A stretch of 64,000 bases of DNA from Bdellovibrionales bacterium (lineage in GTDB: Bacteria; Bdellovibrionota; Bdellovibrionia; Bdellovibrionales; UBA1609). The notes beneath the pieces are model-generated. The model saw nothing but the letters and a program-made list of their open reading frames with translations, did no database searches and was not told the DNA's origin. This document shows positions 8,862 through 18,868 of the stretch, piece after piece. A program made the position numbers and the translations under genes. The DNA lies in the NCBI GenBank assembly GCA_027317865.1, contig DAHVQG010000002.1, positions 32,001-96,000 on the forward strand. The letters are read 5' to 3'. Position 1 is the first letter of the stretch. Every line of letters starts with the position of its first letter.

Positions 8862-9389
8862 CTAGATACCGGCCTTGTGACGTTCTTGGTCGTCCAAGCG
8901 ACTGGGTATTCCGCCTTTTAAATTGGCCCGATACGCGAGATGTTGAATATCGTAGGTAAACTCGCCGCCATTGAGCGCTGGAGTTTGCCATTCAGGCCCC
9001 ATGCGAATGGCATCAACGGGGCATGCCTCCTCGCAAAAGCCGCAAAAGACGCAACGTAAAATATCGATTTCATAACTGATCGGATATTTTTCAACTGTAG
9101 GATCATCATGCTCAGCCGCTTTAATTGTTATACATTGCGCCGGACAATTGGTCGCGCATAACATGCAAGCCGTGCAACGAACACTCCCATCTTTTTTTAC
9201 GGTGAGAACGTGATTGCCTTTAAAGCGCGGGCTGTACTCGTATTTTTCTTCGGGATAATTAAGAGTTTGCATTTTGTCCCGAACAAATAAATTCCGCAGC
9301 ATTTTTTTACACGTAAGACCCATCCCCGAAAAAATAGCAGGTAAATACCATTGTGATCGGGCCGAAGGACGCTTAACAACGTAACTCAC
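8862..9389 (-). CDS. nuoI: NADH-quinone oxidoreductase subunit I
   Basis: Two CxxCxxCxxxCP motifs (CTACMLCATNCP, CVFCGFCEEACP) and YPEEK. Confidence 0.96.
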   Translation of the reverse strand: MSYVVKRPSARSQWYLPAIFSGMGLTCKKMLRNLFVRDKMQTLNYPEEKYEYSPRFKGNHVLTVKKDGSVRCTACMLCATNCPAQCITIKAAEHDDPTVEKYPISYEIDILRCVFCGFCEEACPVDAIRMGPEWQTPALNGGEFTYDIQHLAYRANLKGGIPSRLDDQERHKAGI

Positions 9390-10942
9390 AGTGCACCTCC
9401 TTCGTGAATAAGAAAATTCGTCTTCAAATGATGTGGTGGTACCGGTCGCAAATTCATGTCCAGTTCTTCACCCGACATTAAATGCACGGCTTCTTCTAGG
9501 GTGAGGGCACCAGCGACAATCGTCGTACCGCGTTTCACTTTTTGTTCAAGTCCGGCAAAGTTAGTGTACGTGCCATCCCTTTCAATAAACGTTTTCATCG
9601 GAATTTGCACCGTGTTCGTTGGTGATTGGTCCACCGCCGCGCTGTTGCCCGCTGAAAGCCAAATCAGGTTCGGTATCTGAGTAAACAAACGCAATTTTAT
9701 TTCGAGATCTGGAAATACCGAAAGATTTTCGGGGCCCGCCACAACAACATGCGTAAAGGCGCCGGAATTGATCTTGCTCTCGAAGTCGAGCCACTTCGTT
9801 TTAATCGCTAATTTTTCTAACCGTGTAGCTAACCCTTTGGTGTTGGGATTTCGGTCACCACGAAATAATAATCCGTCAAAGCCATTCATATCTTCAGGGT
9901 TATTCACCCAGTGGTAAATGTTACGAACACCGAGCCCAGAGGCAAAAAACTGAAAAAGCGCATCGTAATCTTCGTTCGTATATTGACCGGTGACGACAAG
10001 CGCTACTTTTTCTGCCCCGCCAACCCGAATGGCCTCACGAAGTTTTGCCCCTGTGTCTTTTGCCACTGCTCCCGCATCGAGTTGTTGCCAGTGGTCTTTT
10101 GAACCTACTTTAGCGGTCGTCAGGCGAGCGTCGAGATTCGTAAATTTATAAATATCGCGCCCCTTGTCGCACATCCAGTAGCCGTTAACTTTATCGTTTT
10201 GCACAGGCTTCACCCGCCATGTGCCCTCTTCATTGTAGTAAACTTTGACGTTGCAACCCGTCGAGCAACCCGTGCATATCGACCGCGCCTCTTTCAAATA
10301 CCAAACACGTTGGCGAAATCGAAAATCTTTCGAGGTCAATGCTCCGACCGGGCAAATGTCGATTGTATTGTGTGAATAATTATTGTTGAGCGGTTTATTG
10401 TGGAACGTACCAATTTCACTGCGATCCCCTCGGTTAAAAATTCCGAGCTCGTTGGTTTTGGTGACCTCTTCGGTAAAACGCACACATCTCGAACACAAAA
10501 TGCAACGTTCGGAATCAAGTACGACTGTCGGCCCAAGGTCGACCACTTTATGCTTTTTTTGTTTCGGTTCAGCCATCTCCGGGTCATATTGGCCGTAGCG
10601 CATATATTGCTCTTGAAGTCCGCACTCGCCTGCTTGGTCGCAAATCGGGCAATCGAGCGGATGATTAATTAAATGAAAATCCATCCCCCAGCGAACCGCT
10701 TCTTTTACGCCTTCAGATTTATTAGTAACGACCATTCCATCCGTAACCGTTGTGTTGCACGCAATTTGAAGTTTCTTTTGCCCTTGAATTTCTACAAAAC
10801 ACAAACGGCAAACGCCCGCGACGGACAAACCGGGATGCCAACAGTAGTGAGCAATTTCTTCGCCGGCCAGCTCGAAAGCTTGGATAACCGTTGTGCCGGG
10901 ATTAACTTCGATCGTTTTGCCGTTAATGGTGCATTTCAGCAT
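9386..10942 (-). CDS. nuoG: NADH-quinone oxidoreductase subunit G (short form)
   Basis: HYCWHPGLSVAGVCRLC, NHPLDCPICDQAGEC, RCILCSRC, DICPVGAL, CTGCSTGC. Confidence 0.95.
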   Translation of the reverse strand: MLKCTINGKTIEVNPGTTVIQAFELAGEEIAHYCWHPGLSVAGVCRLCFVEIQGQKKLQIACNTTVTDGMVVTNKSEGVKEAVRWGMDFHLINHPLDCPICDQAGECGLQEQYMRYGQYDPEMAEPKQKKHKVVDLGPTVVLDSERCILCSRCVRFTEEVTKTNELGIFNRGDRSEIGTFHNKPLNNNYSHNTIDICPVGALTSKDFRFRQRVWYLKEARSICTGCSTGCNVKVYYNEEGTWRVKPVQNDKVNGYWMCDKGRDIYKFTNLDARLTTAKVGSKDHWQQLDAGAVAKDTGAKLREAIRVGGAEKVALVVTGQYTNEDYDALFQFFASGLGVRNIYHWVNNPEDMNGFDGLLFRGDRNPNTKGLATRLEKLAIKTKWLDFESKINSGAFTHVVVAGPENLSVFPDLEIKLRLFTQIPNLIWLSAGNSAAVDQSPTNTVQIPMKTFIERDGTYTNFAGLEQKVKRGTTIVAGALTLEEAVHLMSGEELDMNLRPVPPHHLKTNFLIHEGGAL

Positions 10943-12218
10943 AACTATATCCTTCTTTCTTCACTTTCGAACGGCCTTCACGAACGTAAAACTCAAATTC
11001 GTCGCGAAACTTCGAAACGAAACTTATTGTCGGCATGGCCGCCGCATCGGAAAGGGCGCAAATTGTCCGGCCCATCATATTTTTTGCCACTTTGTCGAGA
11101 AGCTGCACGTCTTGTAAACGCCCCTGGCCCAGCACGATACTTGTCACAATTTTATCAAGCCAGCCGGTACCTTCGCGGCAAGGGGTGCACTGCCCGCACG
11201 ATTCGTGATGATAAAAATGCAAGATTACTTTCATGAGATCGACCATGCAGTTCGAGTCGTCAATCACGATCACCGCACCTGAACCAAGCATTGAACCCAT
11301 TTGGGCCAAACACTCGTAATCCATTGTTGCGCGCATGGCCTCTTCAGCAGTCAACACAGGGGCCGATGAGCCCCCCGGAATTACGGCTTTGAGTTTGCGA
11401 CCCGGCTTCAAGCCACCGCACAAATCAAAAATCAAATCTTTAAGCGGATAACCAAGCGGCACCTCGTAATTTCCAGGCTTTATAACGTTGCCGCTAACTG
11501 AAAAAAGCTTAGTGCCTGCTGACTTTTCTGTACCGTTTTTGCGATAGGCTTCGGCGCCATCACGCACAATGTATGTCACGGCCGCAAGTGTTTCGACGTT
11601 ATTCACAATCGTCGGCTTACCCAAATAACCTTGTATCGCCGGGAAAGGCGGCTTCAGTTTCGGCTGCCCTTTGCGCCCTTCGAGCGACGAAATCATTCCG
11701 GTTTCTTCGCCGCAAATGTAAGCGCCGGCGCCCGAATAGACGTCCATATCGTGGTCAAAGTGGCTGCCTAAAATATTTTTACCTAAAAAACCGCCGTCAT
11801 AGGCTTCGCGAATGGCTGTCTCGATTGCGTGCCGGCTATCTGTATATTCACCGCGAATGTAAATGTACGATTTCTTCGACTGCACGGCAAAAGCCGATAT
11901 AATCATACCTTCTATGAGTTGATGCGGGGCCCGCTCCATCATCATGCGATCTTTGAAAGTACCCGGCTCACCTTCATCGGCGTTGCACAGTAAATATCGC
12001 GGTTCGCCGTTTTCTGGCAAAAAGCTCCATTTCATCCCAGTCGGAAAGCCCGCACCTCCGCGACCGCGAAGTCCAGAAGCCTTGACCGTCTCAATTATTT
12101 CTTTTGGCTTCATGGCTAGCGCTTTTTTCAATGTTGCGTAGCCGCCAAATTTTTTATACCCGGCCAAAGTTTTAAATTCGGGCTTATCGTAATGCTCAGT
12201 CAATAATTTTACTTCCAT
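10923..12218 (-). CDS. nuoF: NADH-quinone oxidoreductase subunit F
   Basis: GLRGRGGAGFPTG, NADEGEPGTFKDR, GAGAYICGEET, ESCGQCTPCREG. Confidence 0.97.
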   Translation of the reverse strand: MEVKLLTEHYDKPEFKTLAGYKKFGGYATLKKALAMKPKEIIETVKASGLRGRGGAGFPTGMKWSFLPENGEPRYLLCNADEGEPGTFKDRMMMERAPHQLIEGMIISAFAVQSKKSYIYIRGEYTDSRHAIETAIREAYDGGFLGKNILGSHFDHDMDVYSGAGAYICGEETGMISSLEGRKGQPKLKPPFPAIQGYLGKPTIVNNVETLAAVTYIVRDGAEAYRKNGTEKSAGTKLFSVSGNVIKPGNYEVPLGYPLKDLIFDLCGGLKPGRKLKAVIPGGSSAPVLTAEEAMRATMDYECLAQMGSMLGSGAVIVIDDSNCMVDLMKVILHFYHHESCGQCTPCREGTGWLDKIVTSIVLGQGRLQDVQLLDKVAKNMMGRTICALSDAAAMPTISFVSKFRDEFEFYVREGRSKVKKEGYSYAEMHH

Positions 12219-12695
12219 TTATTTCATCCCGCGCAAAATCTCGATGGCCTTATCGTCGGTGAGATCTTCGTAGTATTGATCATTCACCTGCATCATCGGA
12301 GCTTTATCGCAAGCTCCAAGACATTCCACACGTGAGATCGTAAATCGGCCGTCTTTCGTAATTTCGCCGTCTTTGACGCCAAATTCTTTGCACAATCGAT
12401 CGGCAAGTTCACGGCCGCCGTTCATCGCGCATGAAATGTTGCAACAAACTTGCACATGATGACGCCCAACCGGCTCTTTGTTGAACATCGTGTAGAATCT
12501 CAATACTTCTTCGATCTCCGACTCTGGCAAATCCATTAAGTGACTCAAATAAGTCACCGACTCCGGGCTAACCCACCCGTTATTTTCTTTTTGCACGCGA
12601 TAAAGCGCCGGGATAATAGCGGAGTGACGATCTTCATAGCGATTGAGTTCCCGCTTCACAAACGCCACACCTTCTTCTGAAAGTTGAAATGTCAT
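12219..12695 (-). CDS. nuoE: NADH-quinone oxidoreductase subunit E
   Basis: [22 protein letters not shown]. Start taken as ATG 12695, which overlaps the nuoCD stop (ATGA). Confidence 0.93.
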   Translation of the reverse strand: MTFQLSEEGVAFVKRELNRYEDRHSAIIPALYRVQKENNGWVSPESVTYLSHLMDLPESEIEEVLRFYTMFNKEPVGRHHVQVCCNISCAMNGGRELADRLCKEFGVKDGEITKDGRFTISRVECLGACDKAPMMQVNDQYYEDLTDDKAIEILRGMK

Positions 12696-14371
12696 CGGTC
12701 CAGCTCTCCTGCAATCAAATTCATCGTTCCTAAAATTGTAATTACGTCCGCGACAAGCCCACCTTGAACCTGTTTGGGGAAGGATTGATAAATCGCAAAA
12801 CACGGCGGACGAACTTTCAAGCGATAGGGGCAACCGCTGCCATCGCTTACCAAATAAAATCCCAGCTCACCGTTAGCCGCTTCGGTCGCATCGTAAACTT
12901 CACCTTTGGGCGGACGAAGTCCCTTCATAATAAGCATGAAGTGATTCATAAGCCCTTCGATATTTCCGTAAACGTCTTTTTTCTCTGGGAGCACAATCGA
13001 ACGATCACGAATCGTGTAATCACCGCTCGGCACATTTTTGCAAATTTGACGAATGATCTTGATCGATTGACGCATCTCTTCGACCCGTACTAAATACCGG
13101 TCGTAACAGTCGCCAGTTGTACCCACTGGAATATCAAAATCGAGTTGATCATAACCATAATATGGCTGCGCTTTTCTGAGATCGAGGCCGACTCCGCAGG
13201 CGCGAAGAAGCGGCCCCGTATAGCCCCACATAATGGCTTCGTCGGGTTTAATCGCGCCGACATCTTGCATGCGCTTCATCCAAATTTTGTTGTGTGTGAG
13301 CATGCGTTCGAGTTCGTCAACTCCGACCGACATTTCATCGCAAAACTTCAAAACATCGTTGAACCATCCTTGCGGAGCATCTTGTGCCATCCCGCCGACA
13401 CGGGTGAGTGCCACAGTTAACCGCGCTCCACACAACTTTTCGAATAAGTTGTAAACAAGCTCACGGTATTGAAAAAGATGAAAAAATCCGGTGATCGCAC
13501 CGAGGTCCACGGCATTCGCACCGATACACACGATGTGATCGATGATGCGCGAAAGTTCGCACAAAATCACCCGCATGGCCTGCGCTTTCGGAGGAATTTC
13601 AACTCCCAAAAGTTTTTCGACCGTTTTACAGTAGCCCACATTATTCATCGGCGCCGAACAATAATTGAGCCGGTCCGTATAGGGGATCACTTGATTGTAC
13701 GGATGCGTCTCGGCCATTTTTTCAAAACAGCGATGAAGATATCCCAATTCAACATTGGCCCGCACAATGCGCTCGCCATCAAGTTCAGCCATCACGCGAA
13801 GTGTTCCATGTGTCGCCGGGTGCGACGGCCCTATGTTCAGCGGCAATAAATCTTTATTGGGATCGGGCTTATAATTCGGATCATCCGGAAAATGTATCGG
13901 CAACGTATCAGTACAGTGTTGTTGTTGATTGGCATCGTAGTCTTTTCTTAGCGGCCAGCCGACAAATTGGTGATGGCACAAAATACGCGTCAGATACGGA
14001 TGCCCGTCAAACTGAATGCCGAACATGTCGTAAACTTCTCGTTCAAACCAATTAGCCGACTCCCAAACGGGAACGGCGGAATCAATTGTTTCATGTTCGC
14101 CAAGCGCGCATTTGATTCTTAAACGCACAAGTGCCGTTGATGAAAAAAGTTCGTAAACCACTTCGAACCGCCTTGAACGCTCGGGATAATCCGCGGCGGT
14201 GATGTGCATAAGAAAATCAAATTTGCGTGTATCTTTTAAATGGCGCAAGACCGGTAAAATCGATTCTTTTGGAACAGACAAAACATTGTCGCCTAAAAGC
14301 GTTTCGTATTTAAAATCGCCATTCGGAAAGCGTGCCGAAATATCCGACTGTAATGCTTCACTGGCTGTCAT
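12692..14371 (-). CDS. nuoCD: Fused NADH-quinone oxidoreductase subunit C/D
   Basis: Nuo[10 protein letters not shown]...PLRKDY fused to Nuo[15 protein letters not shown]...GYLHR...GELDR. Confidence 0.96.
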   Translation of the reverse strand: MTASEALQSDISARFPNGDFKYETLLGDNVLSVPKESILPVLRHLKDTRKFDFLMHITAADYPERSRRFEVVYELFSSTALVRLRIKCALGEHETIDSAVPVWESANWFEREVYDMFGIQFDGHPYLTRILCHHQFVGWPLRKDYDANQQQHCTDTLPIHFPDDPNYKPDPNKDLLPLNIGPSHPATHGTLRVMAELDGERIVRANVELGYLHRCFEKMAETHPYNQVIPYTDRLNYCSAPMNNVGYCKTVEKLLGVEIPPKAQAMRVILCELSRIIDHIVCIGANAVDLGAITGFFHLFQYRELVYNLFEKLCGARLTVALTRVGGMAQDAPQGWFNDVLKFCDEMSVGVDELERMLTHNKIWMKRMQDVGAIKPDEAIMWGYTGPLLRACGVGLDLRKAQPYYGYDQLDFDIPVGTTGDCYDRYLVRVEEMRQSIKIIRQICKNVPSGDYTIRDRSIVLPEKKDVYGNIEGLMNHFMLIMKGLRPPKGEVYDATEAANGELGFYLVSDGSGCPYRLKVRPPCFAIYQSFPKQVQGGLVADVITILGTMNLIAGELDR

Positions 14372-14390
14372 CGCCTAACTCCATTCACCG

Positions 14391-14906
14391 TTATCGCCAG
14401 ACACCGGGCTTCCAATTGTCCTTCCAAGGTCTGGGCGCGTGATCTTCAATCATTTTTTGAATTGTCATGATGCCATCCAAAACGGCTTCTGGCGTAGGAG
14501 GGCAACCGGGTACATAAACATCGACCGGAATCACTCGGTCGACACCTTGAAGAACATGATACGAACGATAAAACCCACCGCTGCTGGCACAGGCGCCCAT
14601 TGATAAAACAAATTTTGGTTCAAGCATTTGCTGGTAAACGCGCAAAATCACCGGCGCCATTTTTTCAGTGATTGTACCGGCCACAATAAGCAAGTCCGAT
14701 TGGCGCGGCGAAAACCGGACCACTTCAGCGCCAAATCTTGACAGATCATACTTGGGCCCCATCACCGACATGAGTTCAATCCCACAGCAAGCTGTACCGT
14801 AAGGCATCGGCCACAATGAGTTCTTTTGGCCCCACGCCGCTATTTTTTCTAATGTTGTCGTGGTACCGATTTCTTGGGGGAGTTCGGCAACTTCCGTCGC
14901 TGACAT
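14391..14906 (-). CDS. nuoB: NADH-quinone oxidoreductase subunit B
   Basis: [30 protein letters not shown]. Confidence 0.97.
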   Translation of the reverse strand: MSATEVAELPQEIGTTTTLEKIAAWGQKNSLWPMPYGTACCGIELMSVMGPKYDLSRFGAEVVRFSPRQSDLLIVAGTITEKMAPVILRVYQQMLEPKFVLSMGACASSGGFYRSYHVLQGVDRVIPVDVYVPGCPPTPEAVLDGIMTIQKMIEDHAPRPWKDNWKPGVWR

Positions 14907-15148
14907 AATCGTAACTCCTTAGTCGACAAATTTTCTCTGGCTAACGCTTAAACTCTCTTTATTATTTAGTTTTCATCAAACATTGAAGATAGCTTCGTTG
15001 TGGTGCAGCATAAGACAAAATTTGTGATCCGAAAAGTAAACATCATGCAGGCCGACTATATGCCACATCTTTAGTCCAGATTTAACTCGCTAAAAGACTT
15101 AATTTTGTTCAGTTTGCCAAATTTTTCATAAGCTTTTTGCTCAAAGTT

Positions 15149-15172
15149 CAAAAGCCAAAGGACTGGCTTTTG
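15149..15172 (+). promoter_or_regulatory. GGA-loop hairpin upstream of the subtilase RBS (putative CsrA site)
   Basis: CAAAAGCCA-AAGGAC-TGGCTTTTG, a perfect 9-bp stem ending 24 nt before the ATG. Confidence 0.45.
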
Positions 15173-15195
15173 CGTCAGCAAAATGGGGGGCATGG

Positions 15196-16839
15196 ATGGG
15201 GTTCAAATTCAAGTCACGTACAGGTTTTGTCGTAGGTCTGGGTGTCACGATCGGGGTGGGACTTTTTGCCACCCACGCACGGGCAGCGACATCATCAAAT
15301 AATTTAAAGGCAACACCGGGCGACTATCTCGTTGAAATGGTGCCGAATTCGGCATCCGTCGAAGATTTTTCGATGATGATGCCGACGCGTTCCAAAATCG
15401 AACCGCTCGGGTTACGTGGTTGGTATCACATTAAAGTGCCGGCACAAGCCGCGAAAGAAGGTTACAGCGTTGAAGCTCTAAGCCACTTGCCCGGCGTGCT
15501 TTACGTTCAACCTAACTATAAAATTCATCTGCTCGGGAACCCAAGCCTTGATAAACTACGCGCAGAAGTTCAACAAAAGCTTCTCGCTTGGCGTGAGCGC
15601 TCACAAAACGCCGGTGGCCGCAGCAATCCTTGCCCAATCCCCATTCCGGGGATTTGCAATCCCAACGGTGGCGGCGGAAATAATCCCGGTGGCGGCGGCG
15701 GTCTCCCCGGTGGTGGCACCACGCCGACAACAAAACCGCCGATTCCGGCACCTGTTTCACCTACGTATGCCGGTCCCGATCCACTTTTTAAAAAGCAATG
15801 GGGCATGATTACAGTTGGTGTCAAAGATCACCTAATCCAAAACGCGAAACCGGTTGTAGTTGCCGTTCTCGACACAGGCATCGACTACACCCATCCCGAC
15901 TTAGTCTCAAATCTTTGGCGTAACCCAGGTGAAATGGGCACCGACGCCTCTGGACGCAATAAAGCGACGAATCAAATTGACGACGACAACAACGGTTACG
16001 TTGATGACGTAATTGGTTGGGATTTTGTCGATAACGACAATAAACCTTACGACAAAACAACACCCGCCATCCAGTTGATACTCGGCCAAGGCGGCAACCC
16101 CGGTCACGGAACTCATTGTTCGGGTAACGTGGGCGCTCGCGGCGATAACGGCATTGGTATTTCGGGAGCCGACCCAACCGCCAAGATCATGGCGCTTCGA
16201 TTTATCAGCAAAAAAGGCGAAGGAACAACGGCCAATGCGGTTAAAGCTATAATGTACGCCGTCAATAACGGTGCGCAGGTTATGTCTAATTCATGGGGAT
16301 CAAACGGCGACGATCCGAAAGACCCAGCCGGCAATAAAGCACTGCATGATGCCATAAAATATGCACAACAACGAGGCGTATTGTTTGTTGCGGCCGCCGG
16401 CAACGGGAACGCACAAGGAGTTGGTTTTGACAACGACACTTCGGCAACTCCTGCCGTACCGGCTTCGTATCCTTACAACATTATCATCAGTGTTGCGGCT
16501 TTAGATCAAAACGGTAATCTCGCCAGCTTTTCAAACTGGGGCAAGAAATCCGTCGATATCGGAGCACCTGGGGTGAAGATTTTCTCCACAATTCCAGGAG
16601 GTAAATACTCAGACACAATATTCAATTTTGGCGGCGGAATGGTTGCTTACTGGGATGGTACCTCCATGGCCACACCCCACGTTGCCGGAGCCGCAGCATT
16701 GTACTTAGCGACTCACCCAAATGCCACGTGGCAAGAGGTTAAGGCCGCTATTTTAAATTCAGCCACGCCCGTTGCGTCTCTCGCTGATAAAGTTGTTTCT
16801 GGCGGCGAACTCAACGTACAAAGAATGTTACAAGAATAG
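15196..16839 (+). CDS. Secreted S8 subtilisin-like serine protease
   Basis: Signal peptide, prodomain, Gly/Pro linker, triad VLDTG / GHGTH / GTSMATPHVAG, oxyanion AAGN. Confidence 0.96.
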   Translation: MGFKFKSRTGFVVGLGVTIGVGLFATHARAATSSNNLKATPGDYLVEMVPNSASVEDFSMMMPTRSKIEPLGLRGWYHIKVPAQAAKEGYSVEALSHLPGVLYVQPNYKIHLLGNPSLDKLRAEVQQKLLAWRERSQNAGGRSNPCPIPIPGICNPNGGGGNNPGGGGGLPGGGTTPTTKPPIPAPVSPTYAGPDPLFKKQWGMITVGVKDHLIQNAKPVVVAVLDTGIDYTHPDLVSNLWRNPGEMGTDASGRNKATNQIDDDNNGYVDDVIGWDFVDNDNKPYDKTTPAIQLILGQGGNPGHGTHCSGNVGARGDNGIGISGADPTAKIMALRFISKKGEGTTANAVKAIMYAVNNGAQVMSNSWGSNGDDPKDPAGNKALHDAIKYAQQRGVLFVAAAGNGNAQGVGFDNDTSATPAVPASYPYNIIISVAALDQNGNLASFSNWGKKSVDIGAPGVKIFSTIPGGKYSDTIFNFGGGMVAYWDGTSMATPHVAGAAALYLATHPNATWQEVKAAILNSATPVASLADKVVSGGELNVQRMLQE

Positions 16840-16901
16840 GGTTCGTAATTTGCCATACGCCGCCGGTACTTTTGGTATCGGCGGCAAACTGGCAGCGAAC
16901 C
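16840..16901 (+). terminator. Long 3' stem-loop after the subtilase
   Basis: GGTTCG..TGCCA..GCCGCCGGTAC-ttttg-GTATCGGCGGC..TGGCA.CGAACC nested stem. No clear U-tract. Confidence 0.45.
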
Positions 16902-16985
16902 GGGTTCATTTACTCCCTCAAGATCTTTTTACACCCAACAGTTCAACAGTATTCGCCTTGAAACTATGTTAATACTGTTGGCCTA

Positions 16986-18137
16986 ATGACTCGCGAATAT
17001 AAATTTTATATTTGTTTCGTTCTCGCGGGCACCCTGATTTTTGGATCTGTAACTCACGCAATTAGCTCAAATCCCGAAACAGAATCTTGCCAAGAATTTA
17101 AATTGCAGTCCGTTGCCCTCCACAATGATCAGGTACGCGCCGAACAACTTGCGCAAAATCAGCGTTTTCAAATGATGCGTGCAAACGTTTTAAATTTATG
17201 TCACGAGTCTTTTTGGGCGAATCGCGAGCAAATTGTTCGCTCGACCTGGAGATACGCGCTCCACAGTCCTAACTTTATCGACGAAATCATCAACCGCTTT
17301 GAACATGGTGGAGTGTCCGATCAAGTCAGCAACATTTTAAACTATCCAAGATTGCCGGAAATATTACACGAATGTTATCCCGGCAACGGTTCAACCGCGA
17401 GGTGGCATCGTTTTGAATTTAAAAAACAACTCGCCGGCGACGATAAATTGGCGTTTCAATTAGGCACAGTGGACGGTTTGGTAGCCATGTACGTCGGATA
17501 TCGAGCGGTCAAAGGGCTGAGCATGTTCACAAAGCTCGCCGACGCTTTTAAAATCCCCAAATTAGCCAGGTCGGTACTTGAGGGGCTTGCCATTTTCGGC
17601 GGCATAACAGCTTATCAAAAATGGCGCACAGTTAAAGCAAACGAAAATCGAAATTTAAGAAAAATTCGCGCAAATCGTACCCGCGCGGGATTTGACCGAA
17701 ATTCAATCGCCGACGAGCCCACGGCGACAATGATCATTAACGCTCTTACCGCAAATTTGACGGAGCAAAAAATCGTCAGCGTACAAAATTTTGTAAATCG
17801 GTTGAACCAACAATATGGCGGGATTCAGACAACCATACCCGACACCGGTAAAACTGATCCTTTTCAATTCAATAACATTTCGATGCAGATTAATTCCTAC
17901 AAATCAAAGTGTGCATCGAGTATCAAAACATATTCAGCGAATGCTACACCACTGAACCTACAATATATTCAAATGTTTTGCGGAAATTATCTCGATGCGA
18001 TTGAAAACTATTTAAGCCGGCTCAAATCGCCAGCTGTTCGTTGCCTCAATGCGAATAATGGAGTGATTTACCGCGCCCGTTTTTCTCTGCGGCGAATACT
18101 CGCGCAAATTCCGACTCAAGCTATTGCGCAAGATTAG
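16986..18137 (+). CDS. Secreted or membrane-associated hypothetical protein
   Basis: 383-aa ORF with signal peptide (VTHA), two central hydrophobic/amphipathic segments and several Cys. No family recognised. Confidence 0.7.
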   Translation: MTREYKFYICFVLAGTLIFGSVTHAISSNPETESCQEFKLQSVALHNDQVRAEQLAQNQRFQMMRANVLNLCHESFWANREQIVRSTWRYALHSPNFIDEIINRFEHGGVSDQVSNILNYPRLPEILHECYPGNGSTARWHRFEFKKQLAGDDKLAFQLGTVDGLVAMYVGYRAVKGLSMFTKLADAFKIPKLARSVLEGLAIFGGITAYQKWRTVKANENRNLRKIRANRTRAGFDRNSIADEPTATMIINALTANLTEQKIVSVQNFVNRLNQQYGGIQTTIPDTGKTDPFQFNNISMQINSYKSKCASSIKTYSANATPLNLQYIQMFCGNYLDAIENYLSRLKSPAVRCLNANNGVIYRARFSLRRILAQIPTQAIAQD

Positions 18138-18169
18138 TAGTATCGCGGCCGTATTATACCCAGAGCGCT

Positions 18170-18856
18170 TTACTCATCGTTGATGCTTTTATACTTGTTA
18201 TAGGTTGCAAGCGCATGGTGCGCTTTAATCGTCCAAATGTGCGCTTGCACGGCGTAGTCTTTGCGCTTTGCAATCCACTTCATTCTCGCCTTTTCGGCTT
18301 GTTGCTTTTTAGTCGAAAGCTTAGCTTCGAGATGCGACATTTGTTTCACCTGGTTTTTCCACTCTTTGGCTTCGTTCTGCGCCTCTACCAGCATTTTGTT
18401 GTAGGCTTTCAAATTAGCTTCGCGCTTTTGCTCATTGGCTTGCAACTTAGCCAAATATTTTTCTACAACGCTAATTTGCTTATTTTCATCGTTCATTTTG
18501 AACTGCTCTTTAGCCTCGAGGCGTTTAACGTCTTGCTCCATCAGCGTGAGTTCCTTTTCGTTTTTGTCGACGTTTCTCGTATTGAAGAAGAGCTGGCGCT
18601 TCATGTTACTTAATTCGCCGATCGCCTTGCCGGCTTGGGCGATATTTTTATTCACGATATCCAGATTGTCTTGGTACTGCTTACGGTTGAACTCGCTGTT
18701 TTGCGCGTTGGTTTTCAGTTGCGCAATCTCGGCCTTCGTGTCGGTTTTACCGAGCGCCCGCGAGCCGATAAAGGTCACGATTGCGACTCCACACATCGAA
18801 AGCGTCAGCTTTGCCGCAAAACCACCAATTTTTGTTGAATTTAATTTTGCACCCAT
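18170..18856 (-). CDS. Exported coiled-coil protein, last gene of the Glt-like operon
   Basis: Signal-like N-terminus, K/Q/E-rich heptads, 12 nt downstream of the GltC-like gene. Confidence 0.75.
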   Translation of the reverse strand: MGAKLNSTKIGGFAAKLTLSMCGVAIVTFIGSRALGKTDTKAEIAQLKTNAQNSEFNRKQYQDNLDIVNKNIAQAGKAIGELSNMKRQLFFNTRNVDKNEKELTLMEQDVKRLEAKEQFKMNDENKQISVVEKYLAKLQANEQKREANLKAYNKMLVEAQNEAKEWKNQVKQMSHLEAKLSTKKQQAEKARMKWIAKRKDYAVQAHIWTIKAHHALATYNKYKSINDE

Positions 18857-18868
18857 AAAAATCTCCTT

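Noticed and set aside
10673-11236. 187-aa plus-strand ORF and similar ORFs across the nuo operon
   Set aside because: They are antisense to well-conserved nuoG/nuoF, with no motifs or RBS.
12696-12833. N-terminal extension of nuoE in the ORF track (likewise the extensions of mlaF, purH, the AglQ-like gene, the aminotransferase and fliC at 52153)
   Set aside because: Downstream starts have SD sites or stop/start coupling and match family N-termini. The extensions overlap neighbouring genes or promoters.
16883-16910. GGCAAAC as a possible c-di-GMP-I riboswitch start
   Set aside because: It lacks the GAAA tetraloop stem and the downstream GCAAAG/receptor elements, and it is the 3' arm of an ordinary stem-loop.
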